From NCBI GenBank assembly GCA_964016885.1, contig OZ024742.1:279558001-279622000 (forward strand): DNA of 64,000 nucleotides, given 5' to 3'. Below the pieces are notes generated by a model, which worked only from the letters and a program-made list of their open reading frames with translations, was not told where the DNA came from and made no database searches. The DNA comes from Eledone cirrhosa. Lineage: Eukaryota. This document shows, in pieces, positions 26,100-37,860 of this stretch (its first letter is position 1; every line of letters begins with the position of its first letter). The translations under genes were made by a program, and so were the position numbers.

Positions 26100-27980
26100 T
26101 TGAGCAACACTAGAACGCTGGAGAACGTTAATAGTGAAAAGAGAGAGAAAGAGGCAGATATTGACGTTATATCTGCTTCTGCTGCTATGGACGTTGCCAT
26201 AGATACTGTCACAAAAGAAAAAAATATATCAACATTTGAAAATGTTACAATTTCTACCGCCGAAGCGGAGAAAAATGACAATAACACACGGGAAAACACG
26301 GCAAAAAAGCCCATTGACATACATACACATGAAAAAGACATCAACAACTCTACAGATACATCTACACATAAAATTTCCAACAACGATAACATCATTATTA
26401 ACAACAACATCACACAAAAAAAGAAAATGTCTTTTGCTGACACAGTCAACAAGAAACAAGATTTTATAAATCTTGATATCTCCAACGCAAGAGATATGCT
26501 CCAGCAAGGGAGAAAATTTGTAACTTTCGAAGAAAGAGGTGGGTTTAGAATTAACTCACCCCTTGAAATAAAGGAAGACACAAACCGCCGATCAGTCACT
26601 TTTAGGACTGTGTCAAATTCGTCAAGAAAACCGACATTTGTTAATCAGTCAGATATAGAAGATTCTTTCAAGGAGATTCTAGGAAATGTCGATTTTCTCC
26701 AGCGAGGAAAACAGTGCGGAAGTGTTTCCGTACTGTTTAAAAGCGAGGCACTGGCCCCAAAAAACTCCGTGACACCAATAGTGTCAAAAGCATACACCTT
26801 TTTCCCTACATACATGGGGAAAAGGACACAAAAAATAAAAATAAAAAACATACCTCCAAGCATTAACATCTGGTGGATCTTGGCTGGCTTCGTAGAGCCA
26901 GAAACAGACATAATACTTTCGATACGAAAATAGATTCGACAAAGGTGGGCGGGCACCGATTTGGAGATTCTGTTGCAAATGAAACCGGAGAGAATCTCCA
27001 AAATACCCGAAAGAGTCGTTATTGATAATAACAACAAAATAAACATTTCGGTAGAAGGAAGAAAATTTCACTGCTTTCGCTGTGGTAGCACATCTCACCT
27101 AAAAGCCTCTTGTCCACAAACACACAACAGCAACATCATAAAAAAAACGCTATTACCAACACCAACACCAAAACAACCACCACCACCACCACCACAAGTA
27201 CAACGACAGACGAAACGAACAACCACACCAAAACAAACAGACACTCAACCAACAACAACAGAAAAAACAGAGACAACACCCCTGAAGAACACATCCCCAC
27301 TCCATCCCACTCCATGAAACACTACCACAAACACACATACCGAAACACCACCACCACCACACAACATACCCTTACCCCACACACCTGACGATGATTATTC
27401 ATCGACGGATGAAGCTGCTTCTCCTTCTTTAAGTGAAGAAGAGGGAGAACCGCGGAAATCCAAAAAACAAAAAAAGAGACACCACAAAACCCACAAAACT
27501 CCAATCACCAACACCAACACACAACCACAGACACAAACAACAACACAAACAACACCACAGTCAAACACCCCCCTATCAGCAAAACCAGCACCAACACCAC
27601 CCCAAACACAAGCACCCACCATAAAAAGATAACTCCCAGATGAACAACAAACTAAAACAATACAACAAAAACACAAACAACAATACGCATACATCAACAC
27701 AAACAACAAGAGTTTGATGGAGGTCATCTCCCAAAACCCCAAGGTGGAGACGGAGGGCAAAACTTTCGTCAAGGCAGAATCGTCTCCACACCTTAAACTT
27801 ATAAGGGTTTCTATGGAAACCTATAAAGACCTGAAAATAAAATTTTCACAGGACGTGGGCAACCCCTGCCACAAACCCATAAACCGCGTCCTGTTGAAAG
27901 GTTTCCCCACCCCACCCAACACCCCATCCAGCACCCAAATGGAGATTGAACAACCCGATCTCCAGGAAACGAAAAGGTAA
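26100..27980 (+). pseudogene. Tx1 ORF1 of copy 2, disrupted; start codon uncertain
   Basis: YTFFPTYMGKRTQ, CFRCGSTSHLKASC knuckle, ends MEIEQPDLQETKR*. Breaks near 26933 and in 27317-27630. Confidence 0.8.
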
Positions 27981-28021
27981 GTGCACCTTTCGTCCTTTTT
28001 CTCCAACTTTTCTTCACCAAC

Positions 28022-31000
28022 ATGGCTGGTTTACGAGTTGGAACCGTGAATGTGCGTGGCCTAGGGATGCCCTGGAAACAGGGCCAACTTTTAAACGACC
28101 ATAGGTCACACAGTATGGATGTGATAGCCATTACCGAGTCCAGAATCCACAACAGGCAGCAACTAACCCCCATCTTCGACGACTTTGAGATCTACGCATC
28201 TCTCTGTCAGCCAGGAGGTGGAGGTGGAGTGGCTGTTATGTTTCGGAAGAACCTGGACGTCGGAGTACAGCAAGTACACTTGGACCCGGAGGGTAGACTG
28301 GTAGTCCTAGACGTGAACAGTATCGGAGGTGGAGCCTTCAGACTGGTGGCCGTTTATGCCCCGACCGGGCAATCGCAATCACGGCCAGACTTCTTTAAGC
28401 GTCTAGAGTCTTTTCTGGGAACGTCTCGCTCCTTACTTTTAGTGGGGGACTGGAATGGTATCCTAGATGCACGATGGGACTATGTGGGAGCATGTCCCAG
28501 TAGAGCGGGGTGCAACAGCCTCAAAACTTTAATCGGCCAATTCCAACTGGCCGATAGGTATCGACTGGTTTTCCCGACTGCACCACAGTGGACGTGGGTA
28601 AACCGCAGTGGGACATCTAGATCGTATTTAGATAGGTTCTTCATTAGAGAAAGGGACAAGGATATGTTAAGCTGTCCACGAATGCACATGGTTGCCTATT
28701 CAGATCACAAGTTAGTCGTCTGCTTAGTCAACCGTGATAGAATACATAGACAGGGTCCCGGATACTGGAAGCTGAACGTGTCGTTGCCGGCACGTAAAGC
28801 TTACAGTGAACGGATAAGTAAACTAGTCAAGCAACAGTTAACGGGAGCCATCGTCAACAATAGATGGTGGTACTCTCTCAAGAAAGCAATTAGAATAGAA
28901 TCGATAGGGTATAGCAGAGAGTTAGCCTTAGAGAAAAACAGAATAGAAAGAGAACTAGTAGCCAAGGTAGAGGAGGCACTTAGAAGTGGCAACGCGGCTA
29001 GAGTGTTAGCGTCGAGAACGGCACTGGACCAGTTCTTCGATGCGAAACACGAAGGCTGCGTGGTCAGAAGCAAAACACGTGCTCTAGGAAACGAAGGAGC
29101 GAAAGCTGTCAGCTGGGCCCGAGTGGCGGAGGCAAAAAGTGGCAACAAGTCCACGATTCGGTCTTTGAAAGACCAAAACGGACGCGTGCTACTTGACCCC
29201 AAGCAAATGTGCGCGGCCTTTCAGCGGCACTTTGCGCGACTGTTTGAGCAGAACGACGGTGAGCCGAACGGGGCAATGGACTTTAGTTCATACCTCGACG
29301 GCCTGCCGCGTCTCTCGAACACGGACGCCGAGTTCTGCGAAAGACCGATCACGGACACTGAGATACGGGACGCTCTGGGCCGCTGCGGGAAACGCAAGTC
29401 ACCCGGTCTAGATGGTCTACCCTACGAATTTTACATAGGCATGCCGGACTTGTTCTCTGGCGTCCTCGAAGCCGTCTACTGCAATTGGCAGCAGAACGGG
29501 AGAATTCCCAGTTCTGCAGGCAAGGGCGTAGTAACGCTGATCAGGAAAGACGAGAACAAGGGGGACGAAATTAACAACTTCAGGCCCATAACTCTGCTCA
29601 ACACAGAGTTAAAGATTTTGGCCAAGGTGCTAGCGACGAGGTTGGCGCTTGTCGTCGAGAACCTGGTAGGGAAAGCGCAAACGTGTGCAATCCCGACCAG
29701 GTCCATACACGACAACCTCCACCTCATGCGATACATCATAGAGAGGGTGGGTAGTAAACCCGGCTTCGGTGGGGCTCTGATCAACTTGGATCAGTCTAAG
29801 GCATTCGATAGGGTCGACCATCGATACTTGGAAGCGGTTCTCAAGGCGGCCGGTTTCGGTCCCGTGTTCAGAGGATGGATCGAGGCGATGCACACCAGCA
29901 TCTGCTCGAGGGTCAAGGTGAACGGCTACCTATCGGAGCCGTTCGCAATCACGCGTTCCATTCGACAGGGATGCCCTCTCTCCTCCATTCTGTATGTATT
30001 GACTCTAGAGCCACTACTGCGGAAATTGGAGCTGTTGCAGGGCATCCCCCTAGAACCGGGACTGCGCAAAGCGGCGTCGGCTTATGCCGACGACGTGACA
30101 GTAATGGTGTCGAGCACCTCGGAAATCGGGGTGATCGGCAACATACTGAAAGAATACGAAACGCTGACGGGAGCAAAACTAAACCCAGACAAGTCTGTCG
30201 GTTTGCAACTCGGTACGTGGAGAGGCAAACCGATGACATCCGACAGCGTCGTTGGACGCTGGACGGACGGACCGGTGAAATTGCTCGGGGTCTGGTTCGG
30301 TCCAGACCTCCAGGTGGAGAAAAACTGGAACGAGGTCACGGCCAAGGTGTTTACACTCACTCAGAAGTGGGCAGAGTGCAAACTGTCCTTGAAAGGTCGA
30401 GCGGAGGTGGCGAACACTTTCATAGCGTCCGTCATCTACTACCGCTTGACTGTCGTGCCTTGTCCCCGTGAACACCTCGCCAAGATGGAACGCATGCTCT
30501 TCCAGTTTCTGTGGAAGAAGCAGGCTCCGCTGGTGAGGAGATCCGTCTGCTGTCAGTACCCTTCCAACGGAGGGCTGGGAATGCCGTGGCTGATGATGCG
30601 CAAACATGCGCTGAGGCTGCGGCATCTCCAGGTATTCCTCACCGACCCCCAACCGGTGTGGGCACCGTTTGTGAGACAGGCTTTCCCACAGCTCGTCTCG
30701 CTAACGGAGCTGCAGTCCTGGGTGAAGAAAAGACCGAAAACGATGGGCGCCTGGCACATTGAATGCGCTCAGGCGCTCACAGTCCTCTGGCAAGCGGGCG
30801 CAGCAATCAGTGGAGACTCCACTTCGACATTCTATAGAGGGATTGTACGTTACAAGGGCGACGACGTGCTCGGAGAGACTCTGGGCGTCGAAGACGATGA
30901 GCTCACCAGTATGTTTGGTAGGACTTTCCGCCCGGGACCTATGGACAACTTCCAGAGGTCCCTGGCCTGGCAGTGCTACCGAGGAGCTCTACCGGTTCGT

Positions 31001-31468
31001 GACAAGATCTACAGGCACGGACGCCCTGGCAGGGATCCTTCCAAGAGGACGTGTCCAAGATGTGCGCAGGACATTGAAACAGTTCTGCACGCAATTGTAC
31101 ACTGCCCGGGCGTAAGCGACCTGTGGAACTATGCAGAACAACTGCTGTCGCGTATGGGACAAATACAGTTGACTGCCGAGTCCATAGTAAGGATCAAACC
31201 GCCAGACTCTTTCAAAAACGAAAGAGAGGCGGTTTTCCTCTGTACGGTGGCTATGGTGAAAGAAGTTATATGGTGGACGAGGTTGAGAGGACTGAGGACA
31301 GATGCCTTTCTCTCCGGACAACAATTGATTCCATTCTTTAAGTATCACTTTAGAAGGAGAATCAGGGTGGAGAGAGAGGCACTGCACCCCAGTAAATTTA
31401 CTGAAAGGTGGGTGAATGAAGCGAAAATGGCCCGAGTGATTGGGCCTTCTCTATTTATAAGCCTGTAG
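28022..31468 (+). CDS. Intact Tx1 ORF2 (1148 aa): APE endonuclease, RT and CCHC finger
   Basis: Uninterrupted ORF with NVRGL, AITES, GDWN, SDH, FRPITLLN, QGCPLS, YADD and CPRC...ETVLHAIVHC. Confidence 0.96.
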   Translation: MAGLRVGTVNVRGLGMPWKQGQLLNDHRSHSMDVIAITESRIHNRQQLTPIFDDFEIYASLCQPGGGGGVAVMFRKNLDVGVQQVHLDPEGRLVVLDVNSIGGGAFRLVAVYAPTGQSQSRPDFFKRLESFLGTSRSLLLVGDWNGILDARWDYVGACPSRAGCNSLKTLIGQFQLADRYRLVFPTAPQWTWVNRSGTSRSYLDRFFIRERDKDMLSCPRMHMVAYSDHKLVVCLVNRDRIHRQGPGYWKLNVSLPARKAYSERISKLVKQQLTGAIVNNRWWYSLKKAIRIESIGYSRELALEKNRIERELVAKVEEALRSGNAARVLASRTALDQFFDAKHEGCVVRSKTRALGNEGAKAVSWARVAEAKSGNKSTIRSLKDQNGRVLLDPKQMCAAFQRHFARLFEQNDGEPNGAMDFSSYLDGLPRLSNTDAEFCERPITDTEIRDALGRCGKRKSPGLDGLPYEFYIGMPDLFSGVLEAVYCNWQQNGRIPSSAGKGVVTLIRKDENKGDEINNFRPITLLNTELKILAKVLATRLALVVENLVGKAQTCAIPTRSIHDNLHLMRYIIERVGSKPGFGGALINLDQSKAFDRVDHRYLEAVLKAAGFGPVFRGWIEAMHTSICSRVKVNGYLSEPFAITRSIRQGCPLSSILYVLTLEPLLRKLELLQGIPLEPGLRKAASAYADDVTVMVSSTSEIGVIGNILKEYETLTGAKLNPDKSVGLQLGTWRGKPMTSDSVVGRWTDGPVKLLGVWFGPDLQVEKNWNEVTAKVFTLTQKWAECKLSLKGRAEVANTFIASVIYYRLTVVPCPREHLAKMERMLFQFLWKKQAPLVRRSVCCQYPSNGGLGMPWLMMRKHALRLRHLQVFLTDPQPVWAPFVRQAFPQLVSLTELQSWVKKRPKTMGAWHIECAQALTVLWQAGAAISGDSTSTFYRGIVRYKGDDVLGETLGVEDDELTSMFGRTFRPGPMDNFQRSLAWQCYRGALPVRDKIYRHGRPGRDPSKRTCPRCAQDIETVLHAIVHCPGVSDLWNYAEQLLSRMGQIQLTAESIVRIKPPDSFKNEREAVFLCTVAMVKEVIWWTRLRGLRTDAFLSGQQLIPFFKYHFRRRIRVEREALHPSKFTERWVNEAKMARVIGPSLFISL

Positions 31469-31761
31469 GTTGAGGAAGAGAGCAAAAGGAAGAAAGGAGC
31501 ACTTGCACAACACGCTCCTTGAGTTGAGGGTTGTTCTATCGACGGGGTATTAAACAACCCATTTGTGGCGCCTCCCCCCTATTGGGGATTTCGATTGTTG
31601 AAATTGTTTGTTTTTATATTTTTTACACGACTGTATGTAAAATCCCCGGCATGTCTTTGTATTGTCCACTTTCTTGTTGCGCCCTTGTGGCTAATAAAGA
31701 AATCTATCTATCATCTATCTATCTATATCTCTGGGATGGACACACGCGTATAACTTGCTGA

Positions 31762-31828
31762 GTAAGTTCTATTTAAATTTCTATATAAATTCTTGTCTGT
31801 AAACTGTAATTTTTGTACCATTTTGTAG
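31762..31828 (+). other. Putative 67-nt 5' UTR intron
   Basis: GTAAGT...TTTTGTAG. Confidence 0.55.
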
Positions 31829-31942
31829 AGGGACTGCCAGGTCAAACTTTGATCTGGTCCGTCTCTCAAAATATTCTACGCCTTTAGGCGAAATAGTTAA
31901 ACAAAACATTTTTTTTTGTTGAAAAGATAAATTTTTTTTTAA

Positions 31943-33565
31943 ATGGCTGAAGCTTCTTCACCAAAATTCCAAGGAGGAAAGGGGAAGATAAGCTTACAGC
32001 TTCCCCCTGCCACTGTCACAGTAGCAGAGGTCAAAAACAAAGGTAAGCCAGAGGAAGGATTTTCTCCACCTGCTGACCGACAACTTGACGTTGCCATGGC
32101 AACAAACCAAAGAACCAGCGGCACCAGCAACAACAACAACAACAATGCTACGGACGAAAACAACACCAATAACTTTAACAACAACAACAACACCAATAAC
32201 TGTGATAACAACAACAACACCAACTACAACAGCAACACAAACAAGGAAAACTCTCCTTCGCCCAGACGGCAAGGAAAACCCTCGACTATCTGCCAGTAGA
32301 TATAACCAAAGCGAAGGAGTTACTGGCAGAGGCAAAAAAATACATAATGTACGGGGAGAATGGTGCGTTTTCGATCGACCCCCCCCCCCCCCCCCCCGGA
32401 GCTAAAAAGCAAGAGACTCCTAAACACTGTCATGTTTAGGACAATTTCAAATGAAAGCAAAAAACCAGCTCAACCATCACAGAGTGAGATAGAGCTGGTT
32501 TTAAAGGACGTCATGAGGGAGGTCACATTCATTCAGAAGGATCGACTCTACGGGAGTCTATCCATTCTCATGAAGGACAGGGACACAGCAGTGAAACTGT
32601 CCATCAAACCAATTACATCCACCGCATACACCTTCTACCCTACGTACATGGGTAGGAGGACACAAAAAATAAAAATCCACACAATCCTGCCGATTATGGA
32701 CATATGGTGGGTTTTGACAGGTTTCCTGAACCTGGATGATGACACGCTGATGTCCATGGGAAAGGCATCGGGTGACGCGTTCAGTGGAACGAGCCTCGAA
32801 CTTGTAGTTCAAATGAAGCCCGAAAGGATCGCCCAGATCCCTGAACGCGTCATACTGGATGATCAAACTTTCATCAACATTACCGCTGGGGATAGGCGGC
32901 CCTCGTGTTACCTCTGTGGAACCAGAGGTCACCTGAGGGCTGTCTGTCCCCAACTTAATAAGAAAACCCCAATCCTGCCTACACCACCAACAACTGCACA
33001 ACCCACACAATCACCACAACTACCACTACAAAAACAACAACCAGAGCTCAAACCAAAACAAAACAATGTCCAACCCATTCCCCCCACTCAAAAAAAAACA
33101 ATTTCCAAAACACCCGCACCGCAAACACAACCCAAAAATATACCCCTCCCCAACAACAGCAAACAAAAAACACTACACAAAAACAAAAATATGCATACAC
33201 ATACATAAACACAAGAAACAAAAAACTGTAAAACATTGTGTACAACACCAATTTAATAAAAGCCCAAGGATCTAACTTCACCCAGGCAGGGTATTTCCCA
33301 CACCTCAAAATGATTTATAGGACACTTATAAAACTTCAAAAACAACTTTAAAGAGGACGTGGGTCCCCCCTGCGTCGGGCCCATTAACCGCATCCTCCTA
33401 AAAAACTAACCCACCCCCTCCCCAAACACCCACACAACTCCAAACACCCCAACCACACAACACACTGATGCCCCCACACTTACACAAACCACCACCCCAC
33501 CCAACAACCCATCCCCCACCCTCATGGAAATTGTGCAGCCCGATACCCGGGACGCAGAGAGGTAA
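31943..33565 (+). pseudogene. Tx1 ORF1 of copy 3, disrupted
   Basis: MAEASSP start, CYLCGTRGHLRAVC knuckle, ends MEIVQPDTRDAER*. Confidence 0.85.
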
Positions 33566-33589
33566 GTGCCTTTTCATTTCACCACCAAC

Positions 33590-36500
33590 ATGGCTATGCT
33601 CAGAGTCGGCTGTTTAAATGCGCGTGGCCTGGGCTCAACTTGGAAGCAAGCAATGCTTCTAAATAACCTCAGGTCACAACGTATAGATGTGATGGTTATT
33701 TGCGAGGCCCGGATCAGCAACGTGCGACAGCTGGCCCCCACATTTGATGACTTTGAGATGCACGCATCTCTCTGTCAGCCCGGTGGTTGGTTGGGGTTGT
33801 CGTTCTGCTGCAAAAACATCTGGGTCTCGCTACACAGACGGTACATTTGGACCCGGAGGGTCGACTAGTGGTTCTGGACCTTGGCAGTGGTGAAGGCGGA
33901 GCGTTTAGGTTGGTAGCCGCCTATGGCCCTTTAGGGTCAATGCGGCCGGACTTCTTCCATCGTCTGGAGACTTTTCTAGGGACGTGCCGCTCCTTGCTAT
34001 TAGTGGGGGACTGGAATGGTATCCTAGATGCACGCTGTGACTACGTAGGGCCTGTCCCGATAGAGAGGGGTGTAATAGCCTCAAAGGGTTAATCGGTCGA
34101 TTTGACCTGGCCGATAGATATCCACTAGATTTTCCGACTGCGCCAACCTAGACTTGGGCAAATCTTAGCGGATCATCTAGGTCGTACCTAGATAGGTTCT
34201 TAGTTAGAAATAAGGATAAAGACTTTTTAAGTTGTCCAAAAATAAGCATGGTTGGCTATTCAGACCACAAGTTAGTGAGCTGCATGTTCAACCTTGACAG
34301 AACGCATAGACAGGGACCCGGTTACTGGAAGCTCAACTTGTCCTTACCGGCAAGTAAGGCTTACAGGGAACGGATTAGCACTTTAGTTAAGGAGCGGCTG
34401 ACGGGCGCCATCGTCAACAGCAGGTGGTGGGGATCTCTCAAAAGAGAGATTAAAGTAGTCTCTCTAGAATTTAGTAAGGAGTTAGCCTCAAATAGAAATA
34501 GGAAGGAAAGGGAGCTGGTAGATAGTGTAGAAGAGGCAATTAGAAGCGGAGACGTGGCCAGAGTGCTAGCGTCGAAAACGGCCCTGGGCCAGTTCTTCGA
34601 CGCGAAACACGAAGGCTGCATCGTCCTAAGCAAAATACGTGCTCTGGGAAACGAGGGGACCAAAGCTGTTAGCTGGGCCCGCGTGACAGAAGCCAAAAGA
34701 GGGAACAGATCCACTATCCGGTCTTTGCGAGACCAGGATGGAGATCCTTGAATCTAAGCAGATGTGCGAGGCTTTTAAAAAGCACTTTGCCTGATTGTTA
34801 GGAAGGGGCGGGCAGCAGGTTGGGGATGTGGACTTCGGTCCATAACTCGACGGCCTGCCGCGTCTCTCGGACAGGGAGGCGAAGTCCTGCGAGAAGCCGA
34901 TTTCAGCCGCTGAGATAGAGGACATGATGAGCCAATGCGGCAAACGCAAATCCCCCAGTCTCGATGATCTTCCATGCGAATTGTATCTAGCTATGCCGGA
35001 CTTGTTCTCCAATCTCCTCGAGGCGGTCTACTGCAACTGGCAACACAACGGGAGAATTCCCTGTGCTGAGACCAAAGGCGTAGTCACGCTAGTGAGGAAG
35101 GACGAGAACAAGGGGGACGATATAAATAATTTCAGGCCCATAACTCTGCTAAATACAGAGTTACAGATTTTGGCCAAGGTGCTAGCAAAGAGGTTGGCGC
35201 TTGTCGTGGGCAACCTGGTGGGAGATGCGCAGAAATGTGCTATCCCGTCCAGGTCCATCCACGACAACCTCCACCTCATGCGATACATCATAGAGAGGGT
35301 TGGGAACGAACCCGGCTTTGGTGGGGCCCTGATCAACTTGGATCAATCTAAGTCGTTCGATAGGTTCGACCATGGTTACCTGGATGCGGTGCTAGTGGCG
35401 GCAGGCTTCAGACCCGTTTTCAGGGGCTGGATCAATACCATGCACAGCAGCTGCATCTGCTCTAGGGTCAGGGTGAACGGCTACCTCTCGGAGCCATTCG
35501 AAATCGCGCGGTCCATCCGACAGGGGTGCCCTCTCTCCTCCCTTCTGTATGTGATGACTCTAGAGCCACTGCTGCGGAAGTTGGAGTTGTTGTAGGACAT
35601 CCCGTTGGAACCGGGATTGCGGAAAGCGGTGTCGGCCTACGCCGATGACTTAACAGTAATGGTGTCGACGGCCTCGGAAATCGGGGCAGTCGGCACCTTA
35701 CTGGAGGAGTACGAACGGTTTTCAGGGGCTAAGCTGAACCGGAACAAGTCGATCGGTCTGCAACTCGGCACGTGGAGGGGCAGATCGATGCCCTCCGATT
35801 GCCTCGTCGGGCGCTGGACGGAGGGCCCGATGAAGTTGCTCGGGGTCTGGTTCGGACCAGACCTCTAGGTGGAGAAGAACTGGGGTGAGGTAATGAACAG
35901 GGTGTTTGCACTGACCCAGAAGTGGGTCGAGTGCAAACTGTCCCTGAAAGGTCGGGCGGAGGTGGCGAACACTTATATAGCGTCCGTCATCTACTACCGC
36001 CTGACCGTTGTGCCTTGCCCAAGGGAAACGCTCGCCAAAATGGAGCGCGCACTCTTCCAATTTCATTGGAAGAAGCGGGCTCCTGTGGTGAGGAGATCCA
36101 TCTGCTGTCAACACCCTTCGAAAGGAGGGCTGGGGATGCCGTGGCTAATGATATGTAAACACGCATTAAGGCTACGGCACCTCCAGTTTTTCCTCTCCGG
36201 TCAACCGGTGTGGGCACCGTTTGTGAGGCGAGCTTTTCCCAGACTCGTATCACTCACCGAACTGCAATCCTGGGTCAAGCAAAGACCGAGAAAACTGGGC
36301 GCCTGGCACACCGAGTGTGCCCAGGCGCTCACGGCTCTCTGGCAGGCGGACCCGGCTGTCAGTGGAGAATCCTCCTCGTCATTCTATAGAGGGCTGGTGG
36401 TTAGCAGGTGCGTCGACGCCCTCGGAGAAGCCCTAGGCATGGAAGAAGACGAACTGGACAACCTGTTCGGTAGGACATTCATCCCGGGACCCATGGACAA

Positions 36501-37021
36501 CTCCCAGAGGTCCCTGGCCTGGCAGTGCTACCGAGGGGCTCTGCCCGTTCGAGAAAGGCTCTACAGACACGGGCGCCCGGGTAGGGACCCCTCGAAAAAG
36601 ATCTGTCCCAGATGCGTGTGCGATGAGGAAACCGTTGCACACGCTTTGGTACACTGCTCGGGCATTGCCGATCTGTGGGGCTATGTCGAACAACTTCTGT
36701 CAGGGGTGGGACCGATCCGGTTGACCACCGAATCTATTGTATACGATCAAGCCGTCTCCCCTCTTTAAAAACGAAGGAGAGGCTGTGTTTCTGTGCGTAA
36801 TAGCCATGTCGAAAGAGGTTGTATTGTGGACGCGTCTGAAAGGACTGAGGTCAGACACTTTTCTCTCTGGCCAACAACTGGACCGTTTCTTCCGATATCA
36901 TTTCGGAAGAAGGATCAGGATGGAGAGAGGGGTGCTGCACCCCAGCCGTTTTTATGAAAGATGGGTGAAAGTGGCGAGAATGGCCCGTGTGAATGGGCCT
37001 TCACTCTACATCAGACTATAG
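33590..37021 (+). pseudogene. Tx1 ORF2 of copy 3, fragmented
   Basis: Successive ORF pieces homologous to APE, RT (YADD) and CCHC regions of copy 1. Confidence 0.92.
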
Positions 37022-37278
37022 GTGAGGAAGATGAAAGACGAAGGGAGCACCCCCTCTCTGTGCTCCTGGGGAGAAGGGTTGCACACTTTTTTTCGGAGGC
37101 GTGTGCGACCCCCCAAGGCGCCTCCTCCCTATTGAGGATTTTGTTATAAAATTTATTTTGTTAGATTTTATTTTATTTTTATACTTTTATATATTTTATA
37201 TTGAGGACGCCTTTGCATGTAAACTCCCCCTCTGTACTTGTCCCACTTTTGATGCCCTGGTGGCAAATAAAAAGAAAG

Positions 37279-37344
<66 letters not shown>

Positions 37345-37403
37345 ATTTATCTATATCTATTTATCTATCTATCAATTTATGTATTTATCTATTTATCTAT
37401 ATC

Positions 37404-37845
37404 CAGTTATCAGCCGAGTCCATCGTGAGGATCACACCGCCGCTTTCATTTAAGAATGAAGGAGAGGCGGTATTCCTCTGTCTGCTGGCTATGGCGAACG
37501 AGGTAATATGGTGGACGAGGTTAAAAGGACTGAGGGCAAACACCTCTCTCTCCGGACAGCAACTCATGCCCTTCTTTAAGTACTACTTCAGAAGGAAGGT
37601 GAGAGTGGAGGGAGAGGTGCTACACCCCAGTAAAATCGCTGAAAGGTCGGTGAATGTGGCGAAAATGGCCCTAGTGAATGGGCCTCTGTGTATATAAACC
37701 TGTAGGTTGAGGAAGATAAACAGAGGGAAGACGGGACCACCTACAAAACGTGTTCCTGATGTTGAGGGTTGGTCTATCGACGGGGTGTAAAACAACCCTG
37801 CAGTCACGTTGCCCCCCTATTGTGGATTTCAATTGTTATTTTATT
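37404..37845 (+). mobile_element. 5'-truncated Tx1 fragment related to subfamily B; 3' end interrupted
   Basis: QLSAESIVRITPP...EVIWWTRLKGLR, and a 3' UTR resembling 31469-31600. Confidence 0.85.
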
Positions 37846-37860
37846 TTATATATCGTTTAT

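Larger units (their letters stand above)
25893..31701 (+). mobile_element. Full-length Tx1/L1-clade LINE, copy 2 (subfamily B)
   Basis: Divergent UTRs and ORF1, intact ORF2, AATAAA at 31693, bounded by (TATC)n. Confidence 0.93.
31732..37279 (+). mobile_element. Full-length but decayed Tx1 LINE, copy 3 (subfamily A)
   Basis: Collinear with copy 1, with many stops and frameshifts. Bounded by (TATC)n. Confidence 0.92.

Noticed and set aside
21474-36693. Recurrent antisense and alternate-frame ORFs over Tx1 ORF2 (e.g. MIRAPPKPG...)
   Set aside because: Expected shadows of a GC-rich coding sequence repeated three times.
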